Below are positions 42,452 through 52,793 of a DNA stretch of 64,000 nt, one piece after another; position 1 is the stretch's first letter, and each line of letters opens with the position of its first letter. Position numbers and translations under genes: made by a program. Origin of the DNA: Candidatus Bathyarchaeia archaeon (lineage in GTDB: Archaea; Thermoproteota; Bathyarchaeia; Bathyarchaeales; Bathycorpusculaceae); the NCBI GenBank assembly GCA_049516875.1, contig JBEKSS010000011.1:1-64000 (forward strand), written 5' to 3'. The notes under the pieces were generated by a model. It had not been told where the DNA came from, ran no database searches, and saw only the letters and a list, made by a program, of their open reading frames with translations.

Positions 42452-42657
42452 TGTTTATTCTCCTTCTCTCTCCTTAATTTCGCTAGACAAGAGTGTGTTT
42501 TTCGAAGATATAGACTTTGTGAAACAATGTTACATATGAAATGGAACACGGCCTAGAACAAAAAAAACGAGAATTGCTGGGCATTCGGGTTTTTCAATTT
42601 CTGCGCGACCCTCGTCTCTTCCAGCTGGCTCCCAGCATGCTCATTGGCTAACCAGTT

Positions 42658-44374
42658 CTACTCGTGTTGGTTGAAGTAGTAGACGGCTATTGCTATGTCT
42701 TTCATGTCGACTACGCCATCGTTGTTCACGTCTGCGTTCGGGTCCCAGTTTGACTTGTTCGGCTTGGTCTGGAAGAGGCTGACAAGGTAGGCGATGTCCT
42801 TCATGTTCGTGATTCCGTCGTACACTCCGGGAGTCGTGCTGGACACGTCGCCTGGAACGCCCACGTGAACTGGAACGCTGCACGTGAAATTGTTGTTCGC
42901 CGTGTCTGTTTCTCCCGGAACAGGCCAAGCGTAAGCACTTAACGTGTAGTTGCCGTGGGCAAAGCCTGTTGTGTTCCACGTGAAAACAAGTTGCGCAGAA
43001 TTTCCGCTTGGAAGGGCAGTGACTTCTTGCTTTCCTATCGAGGTTCCGTTGACGTAGACCGTGACGTTGAAGGTTTCTTGGTAGCTGCCTTGGTCTGCTA
43101 CCGTGACGTTTATGCTCGCACTGAAGCCTTGAGCGACAACAGTCTTGGAAGACGCAACATTGGTGACGGCTACATCATCGCCTCCTGGCGCGCTCGCGCC
43201 AAAAGCATAAACATGCTGGGAGGAGCCTTCGTATACCACGCCGCCAACAACAGCAGGAGAAGAATACGGGCCACCAACCCCCCCTTCGGTTGCGTAGCTC
43301 CATATCAGCTCTCCCGTCGTGGCGTTCAAAGCAACAAACTTACCGTGGTCAAGAGTTAAGCCTATGTATACGACGCCGTCAGCAACAGCAGGAGAAGACA
43401 TAACGTCATCGCCGGTTCAAAGCATAAACCTTGTTGTCTTCTGAGCCTACGTAGACGACGCCGTCAACAACAGCAGGAGAAGACACCACAAAATCGCCGG
43501 TTGTGTAGTTCCATATCAGCTCTCCCGTCGTGGCGTTCAAAGCATAAACATTATCGTCGTATGAGCCTACGTAGACCACGCCACCAGTAACAGCAGGAGA
43601 AGACCACACCCCACCGTCGGTTGTGTAGCTCCATATCAGCAGTCCCGTCGTGGCGTTCAAAGCATAAACCGTGCCGCCGTTCGGATAGAATGAGCCTACG
43701 TAGACCACGCCACCAGTAACAGCAGGAGAAGAATACACCCCACCGTCGGTTGTGTAACTCCATATCAGCAGTCCCGTCGTGGCGTTCAAAGCATAAACGT
43801 TACCGTCGAATGAGCCTACGTAGACCACGCCACCAGTAACAGCAGGAGAAGAATACACCCCCGAACTGCCGGTTGTGTAGTTCCATATCAGCTCTCCCGT
43901 CGTGGCGTTCAAAGCATAAACGTTACCGTCGACTTGGCCTGATTCGTTAAAGGTCGAGCCTACGTAGACGACGCCGTCAGCAACAGCAGGAGAAGACTCC
44001 ACCGAACCGCCCGTTGTGTAGCTCCATATCAGCAGTCCCGTCGTGGCGTTCAAAGCATAAACCTTGTCGTCGTCACGGTTTGAGCCTATGTATAGGACAC
44101 CGCCAGCAACAGCAGGAGAAGAACTAACCGTACTGACGGTTGTGTATATCCAGAGAGTTTGGTTTGTGTTCGGCGCCGTTGAAGTGGAGTAGCCGGTGTG
44201 CGTCAGGTCATGGTGGAACATGGTCCACCAGTCCGTGGGATCTACGGTGGACTGTGACCCAAGAAGTCTGGGGCTGCCATGAGAATCGGCTGCTCCAGAG
44301 AGACTACTCAAGGGAAATACTGACACAAAGAACAACAAAACCAAGACGAAACTAACAACCGCTTTATTCCTCAT
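42658..44374 (-). pseudogene. Frameshifted PQQ-propeller, CARDB, dockerin gene (ORFs 43406-44374 and 42658-43401)
   Basis: About 35 nt missing from one repeat unit near 43415 compared with neighbouring units. Confidence 0.8.
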
Positions 44375-44410
44375 TTTCCCTACCCTTCCCCCATCTTCCC
44401 TAACGCGCGC

Positions 44411-44545
44411 TCATCAAACAGTGTAACCGACAACCTACTTAAGACTTGTGAGACAATGTTTCACGCTGGTTTACACCGGACGCTCTGGGCGTCTGCCGTC
44501 GGCCACGAATGCGCCATGAGGAACGGACACGGATGAAACGCGTTC
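44411..44545. repeat. Conserved upstream block, copy 2
   Basis: Matches 36013-36150. Confidence 0.85.
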
Positions 44546-44706
44546 ACGCACGAGCAAATATTATCATAAAGAGTGCTTCGACTCGTTGTTTGCCTGAATT
44601 GATGGGCGCGCGCGTTGCAACTTTCTTTTTCGTCTTGCTTGCTCTCAAAAATTCAAGCCTGAGCTTTAAATCAGTGGCAGCCAAACGTTCTTTTGAGGCT
44701 CAAAAG

Positions 44707-45018
44707 ATGCCAGAAATCGAAGAAAGAACGAAAACCTGCCACGAATGCGGGTTAGAGAGCATAGACGACTGCGAAACTACGAAAAAACACATTCCGGATG
44801 ACGAAAACTTTGCGCCTTGCGTTTACTGCGTCAGAAACCATTTAGAGCATACGCCGACGAACTGGCGTGCCGATTTCTATTCTGAGAGATGGTATCGAGA
44901 TGCTGACAAGGCTCCACACATAGACGACCCAGACCCGCACGAGAGGCAACTTTTACAAACTTTACACGAAATCGTCCAAAAAGAATATGCCAAGTTACCG
45001 GAGGTGACTACGAGTTGA
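44707..45018 (+). CDS. Small Cys-containing hypothetical protein
   Basis: CHEC...CVYC; overlaps the next ORF. Confidence 0.5.
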   Translation: MPEIEERTKTCHECGLESIDDCETTKKHIPDDENFAPCVYCVRNHLEHTPTNWRADFYSERWYRDADKAPHIDDPDPHERQLLQTLHEIVQKEYAKLPEVTTS

Positions 45019-45386
45019 CTTCCCCTTTAGATGCAAAAGTCATAAACGGAAAACTTGACAGCGGCAAAGTAAAGCCTGACAAACGTGCCAAGCCCCTCCC
45101 CTTAAGAGAGCCAGACAAGAATCCCCTCCCCCACGAAGAACCGAAAGAAGCCCCTGCAGAAATCGAGAAAGTCAAAGCTAGCAAGCCGAAGACTACGAAG
45201 AAAACCGACAAGAAGACGACGACGCCGAAAGAAATCAACTTCCCGCAGCCAGCGTTCATTAACGACTACGGCTTCTTGAAAATCAAGAATGGAATACTCG
45301 AAAAGATCGGCTGGCCGCTAAAGACGCATATCGACCTGCTCATCGATTTCAAAGATGGCGCGCTCGTCGTTAAGAAGAAACCTTAA
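45015..45386 (+). CDS. Hypothetical protein with AbrB/MazE-like C-terminus
   Basis: SD GGAGGTGA; INDYGFLKI...LEKIGW...FKDGALVV. Confidence 0.55.
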   Translation: MTSPLDAKVINGKLDSGKVKPDKRAKPLPLREPDKNPLPHEEPKEAPAEIEKVKASKPKTTKKTDKKTTTPKEINFPQPAFINDYGFLKIKNGILEKIGWPLKTHIDLLIDFKDGALVVKKKP

Positions 45387-45553
45387 ATTCCCCTCTTTTT
45401 TTATTCGATTTTGTGGTAAGATTGACTGTAAGTGTCTGAGTTTACACTGCCAGTTTAATCAAAAACCACTTATTAAAGACTTAGTTCAAGAAGGATCGAA
45501 CGCAAAGCTAGTAGTAGAGTCAGCAACGTGACCTTGTCAGATTGGCCCGGAGA

Positions 45554-45653
45554 AGCCCGGTGGAGGGAAGGATACCTTTCCGCCGACTGTAGTGGACAAG
45601 CATAGCGGGCTTTGGACCCGCCGACGAGAGTTCGAATCTCTCCCGGGCTACCA
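45554..45653 (+). tRNA. tRNA-Gln(UUG) with a 24-nt intron at position 10/11 (45564-45587); CCA encoded
   Basis: Acceptor AGCCCGG/CCGGGCT, anticodon arm GCGGG-CTTTGGA-CCCGC, T arm GAGAG-TTCGAAT-CTCTC; removing the intron restores the D arm. Confidence 0.9.
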
Positions 45654-45866
45654 CTTCTTAAGCGACAATTCATACTTTTTTTGAGGCTGGTTTTCACGGA
45701 TTTCTTTAAGCATCTGCTGTCGCAAGGCGGCGGTTAGCTGAGCCAATTGTTCCTGTTCTGGTTGGTTCTGTTCGATTACGGTTCTGTGCGGTTGCGTCAT
45801 TGCGTCGCGAGTCAGAATCTCGTCGGGGTTTAGGCCCCATGCCCGTATGATAAGCTTCTGCCACTG

Positions 45867-46289
45867 TTGGCAGCGGCAATCTTGCTGGGCATAATAATCG
45901 CGGTCGGACTAATCGCCCTGATAATACCGGGAATAATACTGGCTCTAATGTTCTCGCTGACGATCTCAGCTATCATGATCGAGAACGTGGGAGCTATCGA
46001 AGGAATGTCCAGAAGCAGAGCGCTGGTGAGTCACGGATGGCTCAAGACATTCGCTATACTCCTCATAATAGGCATAATACTGGCTATAGTCTCATACATT
46101 GCAGGTTTAATCGCGAGCCCCCTCGGAAGCTACAGTTGGATTTTGAGCAGCATCATATCGGCCTTGATAGCACCTATACTGCCCATAACCCTAACAGTCC
46201 ACTACTACTCAATGCGCGCAAAAGAACAATCAGCAACACCAACACAGACTCCATCGCAAGACACCGTCAAGACTAACCCCACAATTTAG
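45867..46289 (+). CDS. Membrane protein, probably 5'-truncated
   Basis: LIIPGII...IMIEN-G-IEGMSRS-LV pattern. Confidence 0.55.
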   Translation: MAAAILLGIIIAVGLIALIIPGIILALMFSLTISAIMIENVGAIEGMSRSRALVSHGWLKTFAILLIIGIILAIVSYIAGLIASPLGSYSWILSSIISALIAPILPITLTVHYYSMRAKEQSATPTQTPSQDTVKTNPTI

Positions 46290-46428
46290 CCCATCATACA
46301 CGACCAACACCTGTCAAGTCTACTCTTTCAAACCCCAGCAAACTGCATCGCAGACCTTTTTTTCTTGAGGAAGAAAACACCCATTCCACAACATAGTAGT
46401 GCGCGTTTATCTGTCATTCCAGTTGTCG

Positions 46429-46881
46429 CTATTCTATTTCCTTGGTTTTTGGAAAGAGTTCCTTTATCTTCTTTATGAATTTGTTTTCAAAGTCAAGAGC
46501 TTCCATCGTGTCAGTTATTTCTTCCACATCCTCGTCAGAAACGTACTTGGCGGGTTTACCGGTTAGTTCGTCGAGAGCGAGCCCACATGAGTATATTATG
46601 GTACCTTCTTCTGACGGCGAAATCACCACGTGCACTCCTGATCGTTGTGCTGCTTTGACGTACTGTTGCAGACTGAACGGATACAGTAGGGCCCTCAACG
46701 TCAAGGGCACTAGCGCGCCTTCTCCGGCAAGCACTGTTGTAATTCCCTCTTCGGTTCTTTCTGTTTTCATGACCTTCAAGCCCATTTCCTTGAAAGCTTT
46801 CTGGCAGGCCAAAGCCACATCATCAACCTTGGCATCTGGCACTAGAAGTCTCCTTTCCAAACAAACAGCTTCATGACTCAT
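46429..46881 (-). CDS. Hypothetical protein
   Basis: 150-aa ATG-started ORF. Confidence 0.65.
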   Translation of the reverse strand: MSHEAVCLERRLLVPDAKVDDVALACQKAFKEMGLKVMKTERTEEGITTVLAGEGALVPLTLRALLYPFSLQQYVKAAQRSGVHVVISPSEEGTIIYSCGLALDELTGKPAKYVSDEDVEEITDTMEALDFENKFIKKIKELFPKTKEIE

Positions 46882-47375
46882 TCAAGAAAGCACCACAGTC
46901 AATGACCTCTCCCCCTTCTTATTACGTTTTCTAGTCATGATTCGCTAACGCGAGGACGCGCTCTGGCAACCGCCAGTTCCGCTCTGGAGTTTGAAGCGCA
47001 GTTGCCTACTTTCTTCTAAGGAGAACCAGGATAGCATGATCGTTTGAGTTACAGTAGAACCCGACAGAACAATCCTCTATAAAACAGTTCCAGAAGACGT
47101 ATTTGCCGTGACGTTCCAAGGTTAGGGCGGCGCATGCGGATTCTTCATCTCAGTGATGGCACCACGCTCACCCCAAGCAGGGGGAGATGGGAAAAACAAA
47201 AGCAATTGTCGCCATCATTCTCACAGATCCGCATGCGCTACGCTATCATGGGCATGAGTCTCTGCAGCTATTGTTCGCATGCTTGATTCAACTCTTCAGT
47301 CTTGCACAAGTAGTGGTCACAAGGAGTAGAACGTGCGTAACGGTAGCTCGATAATGTGACAAAAAAAAGAGGCGG

Positions 47376-47876
47376 TTATGGGTAGTGCTTGTTGTATTTC
47401 ATTACTGTCAAGACGATGTCTATCACGTTTGTCCTGAGGTCGGCGTTGAGGTCGGTGTATGGATTCCAGCGTGGCTCAAACGGAACGCCATTGAACGCGT
47501 TTACGAGTGCGGCAATGTCTTTCATGTCGATTTTTCTGTCACCGTTTATGTCCGCCGTCAACAGGTCCGTTGACACCGCGTTGATTAATGGATATTCGTC
47601 TTGGTTGAGTCCGTCAGCTGTAACATTGTACGGTGTATCGCCTAACACGTCGCCGTTGCTGTCTTTGCCACCCTGTGCAGTGACGTAGTCGCTCCAATAG
47701 TTTCCACCACTCTCGGGAGCAGTACCGTTGTTCCAAGTGTCCATAGCGTTTACCGCAAGCACTAGCGGCGTGTCGCCTATGATGTTGTTGTGGTATATCG
47801 CGTTGCCTTGGCTGAAGACATCAACTATGCATATTTGATTTAGGCCGCTAGTTATGTTGTTCTGAGCAAAGTTGTT
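47376..47876 (-). pseudogene. 5'-truncated NosD-dockerin gene
   Basis: Frame reads ANNFAQNNITS...IYHNN...GGNYWSDY...ADINGDRKIDMKDI; cut at (CG)5 47877-47886 with an in-frame TAA just beyond. Confidence 0.8.
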
Positions 47877-48110
47877 CGCGCGCGCGATTTAAGCTTTTTT
47901 GGAACATTGTTCTATGCTTGCGAACGCGCGCCACTCCCAGAAAACAAAATCAACTCAGAACCGTTCTCCCACCCATGCAACAACCCTAAATCCCCCCTTC
48001 CAAAGCCCCAAACCTCACCCCACCAAACTCAAACACACCAAAACCACCACCAGAAACCACCTGCACAAACAATCTAACAACTCACAACAACACCCAACAA
48101 GCCAGTTTTG

Positions 48111-48296
48111 GGCCTCAGAAAAATCACGGATTGAGTACTCAAACACAATGCCAACTCTAACATGAGAAACTCAACGCCCGAAACTTTTGACACTCAAAGA
48201 CCTCGCAGAATTGAGTAAAAAAAGCTTCAAACCAACATGCTTCAACAATGTTTTGACACTCAAAGAAATCACGGATTGAGTACTCAAAAGCAAGGC
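48111..48296 (+). repeat. Palindrome-rich non-coding repeat (about 190 bp), copy 1
   Basis: 23-bp direct repeats at 48121-48143 and 48266-48288 containing TTGAGTACTCAA; inverted copy at 56176-56363. Confidence 0.88.
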
Positions 48297-48489
48297 TTTT
48301 CTCACCAAGATGTCCACCAATTCACCAACGTCGGCCCTGAGAAGAAAATGTCTGCGTCTGCGTGGATAAAACGGCCCTAGGCGCAACGCCGTTTCTGCGC
48401 GCGGGCAAGGTTTGATACCCGTCTGTCGCATAGTAGGCAATGAACAGGGCTGGCAACGTGGGCTAAGTCATAAAAAAAAAGAAGAGGTT

Positions 48490-49914
48490 TTAGAGATGTT
48501 TGTTGAAGTTCATGACGGCGATTACTATGTCTTTCATGTCGATTCTGCCGTCCGCGTTTATGTCCATGAACGGATTGTACCGAGGTGTTCCGGCGAAGGC
48601 ATTGAACGATGGCAGCATAGCCATAATGCCCTTGAAGTTAACGACACCAGTATTGAGGACGTCTCCAGGCAGCATCACATAAATGTTGCCGTAGGTTACG
48701 TTGTTGTCTGCAGGCGTAGGGTCAGTCGGCAAATCAGCGAACGCGCTGAGCGTGTAGTTGCCTATCACCCATCCAGTCGTGTTCCACGCGAACGTTAGAG
48801 TTGCGTTGTTGTTTGGGCTAAGACCAGTTTCAGTTTGAAGTGGCGCCGCCTGCGTTCCGTTAGCGTAGATTGAGACGCCAAAGGTTTCACTGAACCCTCC
48901 AGAGCCGTCGTTAGTCACCGTCACACTCACGTTCAACGAAAATCCTTGACCAACAGAAGCAGGGTTCAAAGGAACAATCTTCAAAATAGCCACATCATGC
49001 CCAGCCCCTTCTTGTATGATTTGGACTGTACCGAACGGAAAGTTGTTGTCTGCTGGTGTGGGATCTCCCGGCAAGTCTGCTGTCGCATTGAGGGCGTAGC
49101 CGCCTAACGCAAATCCATTCGTGTTCCATATGAAGGTCAGTGTCGTACTGTTACCAGAGGGCAAGGCCGTTGCTGTCTGGTTGGGTGCTGCTTGCACCGA
49201 GTTAACGAAGACCGCCACGTTAAAAGTCTCTGTGAAGCCCCCAGTGTTTGTCACCGTCACGTTCACGTTCAACGAAGAGCCGTTAACAACACTGGTCCCG
49301 TTAGTCACAATCTTCGTCACGGCGACATCATGCTTTGGCCCCGATGGCCCAGTGTAGCTGTAACTAGCACCGACCACATCAGGCAAAATCGTGAGCAGCC
49401 CCCTCAGCAGGTACGTATCTCCATTTGGGGTGGGGGGTTTAGGTTCGAAGTCAATATTGCATGAAACCTGCCCAACCACATTAATTATCTTCAAAGTCAA
49501 CACTGCAAGCCTTCCTGAGCCGTTGAAAGATGCTGCACCAACGCCGACGTTTGCGCCACCAACAGCAAGCCCCGGCTGACTCAAATCAAAGGCTGGTATT
49601 GGTCCGTCGTATGCAAACACATTGTCCGAAGGAAGTACCATTTTGACCCCCTCAAGAAGCGTTTGATCCCAAGTGATGCCCACTTGCCAGCCCGACACCA
49701 GCGTAGCATTGGTGATGGTTACGTTTATGTCAAAAGTGTCTCCGAGAATTTTCTGGGCAGGTGTGAAGTTGAAGTTGCTTGACCCATCAAGAGGATTGAT
49801 TAAGGCAATTGTTGCGCCCGCCGCTGCACGCACTGGGATAGCGATTCCCGCCGCGCTTGCAAGAAACATTGCAATCAAAACACAAACCAGAATCTTGTTC
49901 AACCTGTATTTCAC
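48490..49914 (-). CDS. Secreted protein: cohesin-like, 2x CARDB-like, dockerin-like
   Basis: 5' third is a close paralog of 29191-31068; ends DINADGRIDMKDIVIAV. Confidence 0.8.
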   Translation of the reverse strand: MKYRLNKILVCVLIAMFLASAAGIAIPVRAAAGATIALINPLDGSSNFNFTPAQKILGDTFDINVTITNATLVSGWQVGITWDQTLLEGVKMVLPSDNVFAYDGPIPAFDLSQPGLAVGGANVGVGAASFNGSGRLAVLTLKIINVVGQVSCNIDFEPKPPTPNGDTYLLRGLLTILPDVVGASYSYTGPSGPKHDVAVTKIVTNGTSVVNGSSLNVNVTVTNTGGFTETFNVAVFVNSVQAAPNQTATALPSGNSTTLTFIWNTNGFALGGYALNATADLPGDPTPADNNFPFGTVQIIQEGAGHDVAILKIVPLNPASVGQGFSLNVSVTVTNDGSGGFSETFGVSIYANGTQAAPLQTETGLSPNNNATLTFAWNTTGWVIGNYTLSAFADLPTDPTPADNNVTYGNIYVMLPGDVLNTGVVNFKGIMAMLPSFNAFAGTPRYNPFMDINADGRIDMKDIVIAVMNFNKHL

Positions 49915-50235
49915 GTTTTTCTCTCCTTATGTTCCACTCTTCCCCTCTACAACGTCTGATGGAATATCTGACGAATTGGAACCTTTAAACTTTCTGGAAT
50001 GTTATTCTATATTATTACCACACTTGCTGGACAGCAATAAACGGTCCAGACAGTCTCCCAAGTCGATGCAGTTGAACACGACCAATCTCACCGAAACTCC
50101 GCAAGTAACTAGTCAATTCACTCTTCGACACAGAGCCACCTTGAACATTGAAAACCCATCGCCTACGAAACAAACCGAAAGCTTTTATTGAAGTTCAAAA
50201 CTTACTTTGGCAATACTGCTTGAAGATGGTGCTTT

Positions 50236-51006
50236 ATGAGTCTACAGAAAGGCGATTTCATACTGGTAGACTACGTTGCCAAAGTCAAGGAAACAGCCGA
50301 AGTCTTCGACACAACCCTTGAAGAAACGGCCAAGAAAGAACACCTATACAAAGAAGGCGACATCTACGAGCCCAAGCTTGTGGTCATCGGCGAAGGATGG
50401 GTCATCAAGGCTCTGGACGAAAACTTGGCAACGATGGAAGTGGACAAAGCTGCCGTAGTCGAAATCCCGCCCGACAAAGCCTTCGGCCCAAGAGATCCAG
50501 AAAAGGTCAAGCGTGTTCCCCTGAAGCAGCTGCTGGCCAAAGACATCACACCCACGTTGGGAAAGCGCATCGAATACAGCGGCAAAACGGCCACAGTCCG
50601 CGCCATAGGAGCCGGCCGTGTTCTCCTCGACTTCAACCCTCCACTCGCTGGAAAGACACTCGTCTACGACACAACCGTGAAGAAGAAACTTGAGACAGCA
50701 AAAGAAAAAATCGCCGCACTCATTCACCGTCGAATACCGACTGTCGAGCAGGCCAAATTTCAGTTCACTGCAAAGTCAAGAACCGTAAACATCGACATGC
50801 CCGAAGAAGCCTTCTACCTTGAAGGAATTCAACTGGCCAAAAGAGGCATAGCCTTGGATATTCAGAGATTCCTTGAAGGCATAGCCACCGTCAAGTTCGC
50901 TGAAACCTTTAAAACTGAGCCTAAGAAGGCAGAGGCTAAACCAGAAAAAGAGCCTGCAGAGGAAACTGAGACAAAGCCGACGACGGAAGCCGAAACCAAA
51001 ACCTAG
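50236..51006 (+). CDS. Long-type FKBP peptidyl-prolyl isomerase
   Basis: VFDTT, AFGPRD, DFNPPLAGKTL. Confidence 0.92.
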   Translation: MSLQKGDFILVDYVAKVKETAEVFDTTLEETAKKEHLYKEGDIYEPKLVVIGEGWVIKALDENLATMEVDKAAVVEIPPDKAFGPRDPEKVKRVPLKQLLAKDITPTLGKRIEYSGKTATVRAIGAGRVLLDFNPPLAGKTLVYDTTVKKKLETAKEKIAALIHRRIPTVEQAKFQFTAKSRTVNIDMPEEAFYLEGIQLAKRGIALDIQRFLEGIATVKFAETFKTEPKKAEAKPEKEPAEETETKPTTEAETKT

Positions 51007-51073
51007 TCTTCCAAAAAAGCTGTCGAAAGCACCGCTCTCGCTTGTTACTGCTGTTCCTTGCAACTTCGGCGTT

Positions 51074-52141
51074 TCAGATGACCCCTGTCACTTTTGCTAG
51101 GTGTTCGTAGGACTCACGCCTCAGGTTCAGCTTGTCCAGAATCGTGTATCTCTCAGGCCTTATGGAAGTGGCCATCCTCAAAGCCTTAAGCACATCCTCC
51201 TTTTCCACCCCGAGTTCCCTCGCGTTCGTGGGGGCTTCGAGCTTCTTCAAGGAGTCTCGTACGCGCTTCCAGTTTCCCCCGTGCAGGTAGGTCATCATTA
51301 TCGTTCCCACGCCGCATCTTTCACCGTGCAGGGCATGGTTAGGCCTAATGACATCAAGCGCATGGCTGAACAGGTGTTCTGAACCGCTGCAAGGGCGGCT
51401 GCTTCCCGCGATGCTCATCGCCACTCCACAGCTTATCAACGCCTCCAGGAGAATCCGCAAGCCCTCCTCATTCGCGGTCATCATCAACCTCACGTTCCGC
51501 ATAACGTGCTTCGCACTCATCAAAGCCAAGCTTGCAGCGTACCCGCCGTAATACTCGTTTCTATCCTCATGCGCCAGTTTCCAGTCTTTGACCGCCGTGA
51601 ACTTTGCAATCACGTCTTCACAGCCGCTTACGGCAAAGCGCCAAGGCGCTTGCATTATCATTTTCGTGTCCGCCACGATAGCTAACGGAGCTTGAGCCAC
51701 AACCGAGTACGGTTTCTCGTAACCCTTGATAGAAGACAGGGGACTCGCGATTCCGTCATGAGAAGCCGTTGTGGGCACACTGATGAAAGGGACACCTTGG
51801 TTGGCGGAGCTGCACTTTGCAACGTCAATTTTGGTCCCACCCCCCACGGCGAACACGATTTGCGGCTTCAAGGTTTTAATTCTCTCTTCAACGGCTTTCA
51901 CATCGCGTGCAGTTGCGTTTTCAACGAGGAATGTCTGAACCGCCATTCCTTCCTTCTTCTCAAGAAGCTCCTTCACCCTTTTACCCGCGATGTCAAGAGT
52001 TTTTGAACCAGCTATGATGAGCGCAGATTCTGTGAACCCCAAACGTCGGGAGATCTCGCCTATGCGTTCTATCGCCCCGTGTCCAACGATTACCTCCCTT
52101 GGAAACTGCATTCGATGATGTTTCAGGGGCAAAACGATCAC
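51074..52141 (-). CDS. egsA: sn-glycerol-1-phosphate dehydrogenase
   Basis: GGGTKIDVAK, PTTASHDGIASP, SRPCSGSEHLFSHALD, RPERYTIL. Confidence 0.95.
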   Translation of the reverse strand: MIVLPLKHHRMQFPREVIVGHGAIERIGEISRRLGFTESALIIAGSKTLDIAGKRVKELLEKKEGMAVQTFLVENATARDVKAVEERIKTLKPQIVFAVGGGTKIDVAKCSSANQGVPFISVPTTASHDGIASPLSSIKGYEKPYSVVAQAPLAIVADTKMIMQAPWRFAVSGCEDVIAKFTAVKDWKLAHEDRNEYYGGYAASLALMSAKHVMRNVRLMMTANEEGLRILLEALISCGVAMSIAGSSRPCSGSEHLFSHALDVIRPNHALHGERCGVGTIMMTYLHGGNWKRVRDSLKKLEAPTNARELGVEKEDVLKALRMATSIRPERYTILDKLNLRRESYEHLAKVTGVI

Positions 52142-52286
52142 TGCTCAGTCACGTATCTGCAGCCCTTTTTATAGCGATTTACGTTCGAAGCTTAAAAAGG
52201 CTTCTCATAGAAACACATGCGCGCAGTTGGGGCGAGGGGAAAGATAAATACTTGGTTGACCAATGTTCGGAACAGAGGAAAGAAAG

Positions 52287-52793
52287 ATGTCATCTTGCAG
52301 AAACTGCGGGAACGAGTTGCCGGAAGGCGCAGCCTACTGTCCGAAATGCGGGACGCTGGTGGAAACGGCACGGCAGCTCAGGTTGGCCTTCTGGGGCGAG
52401 AGGTTCTTGGCATGGCTGGTGGACGTTGTTATTCTCGGGATCATCATGGCACCGATAGGAGTTCTTGCTTGGTTAGGATGGCCTGGCTTCGCGATAGTGC
52501 CACGTTTGCCGTTCTGGATTCCGTTCGTGAACTTCGGATTCAGCAACGTCGTTTATTTCTTGTACTGGTTGTTGATGGAAGGAATCTACGGGCGATCGTT
52601 GGGCAAAATGCTCATGAGATTAAGAGTAACGCGGCTAGACGGTGAACACATGGACATGGCGCAGGCAGCGATAGAAAGCGTTGGAAAGGCTTTCCTGTTT
52701 CCATTGGACGTGATTCTGGGATGGATCCTTCATTCTAAAAGAAGGCAGAGAATATTCAATTATCTGTCAGGTACTATCGTGCTTAAAGCCTGA
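52287..52793 (+). CDS. Zinc-ribbon + RDD family membrane protein
   Basis: CRNCG...CPKCG; ERFLAWLVD; SLGKMLM. Confidence 0.85.
   Translation: MSSCRNCGNELPEGAAYCPKCGTLVETARQLRLAFWGERFLAWLVDVVILGIIMAPIGVLAWLGWPGFAIVPRLPFWIPFVNFGFSNVVYFLYWLLMEGIYGRSLGKMLMRLRVTRLDGEHMDMAQAAIESVGKAFLFPLDVILGWILHSKRRQRIFNYLSGTIVLKA

Noticed and set aside
24478-44374. Near-identical gene ends suggesting a diversity-generating retroelement TR/VR pair
   Set aside because: No reverse transcriptase in the window; differences look mostly synonymous and not adenine-specific
45554-45653. tRNA-Gln as attachment site for the 22364 recombinase island
   Set aside because: No duplicated tRNA fragment found by eye; only a short inverted TGGCAGTG match near 22346 and 45445, which could be chance
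48111-48296. Mini-CRISPR interpretation of the palindrome array
   Set aside because: Units are degenerate and irregularly spaced, and the intervening sequences are conserved in the second copy
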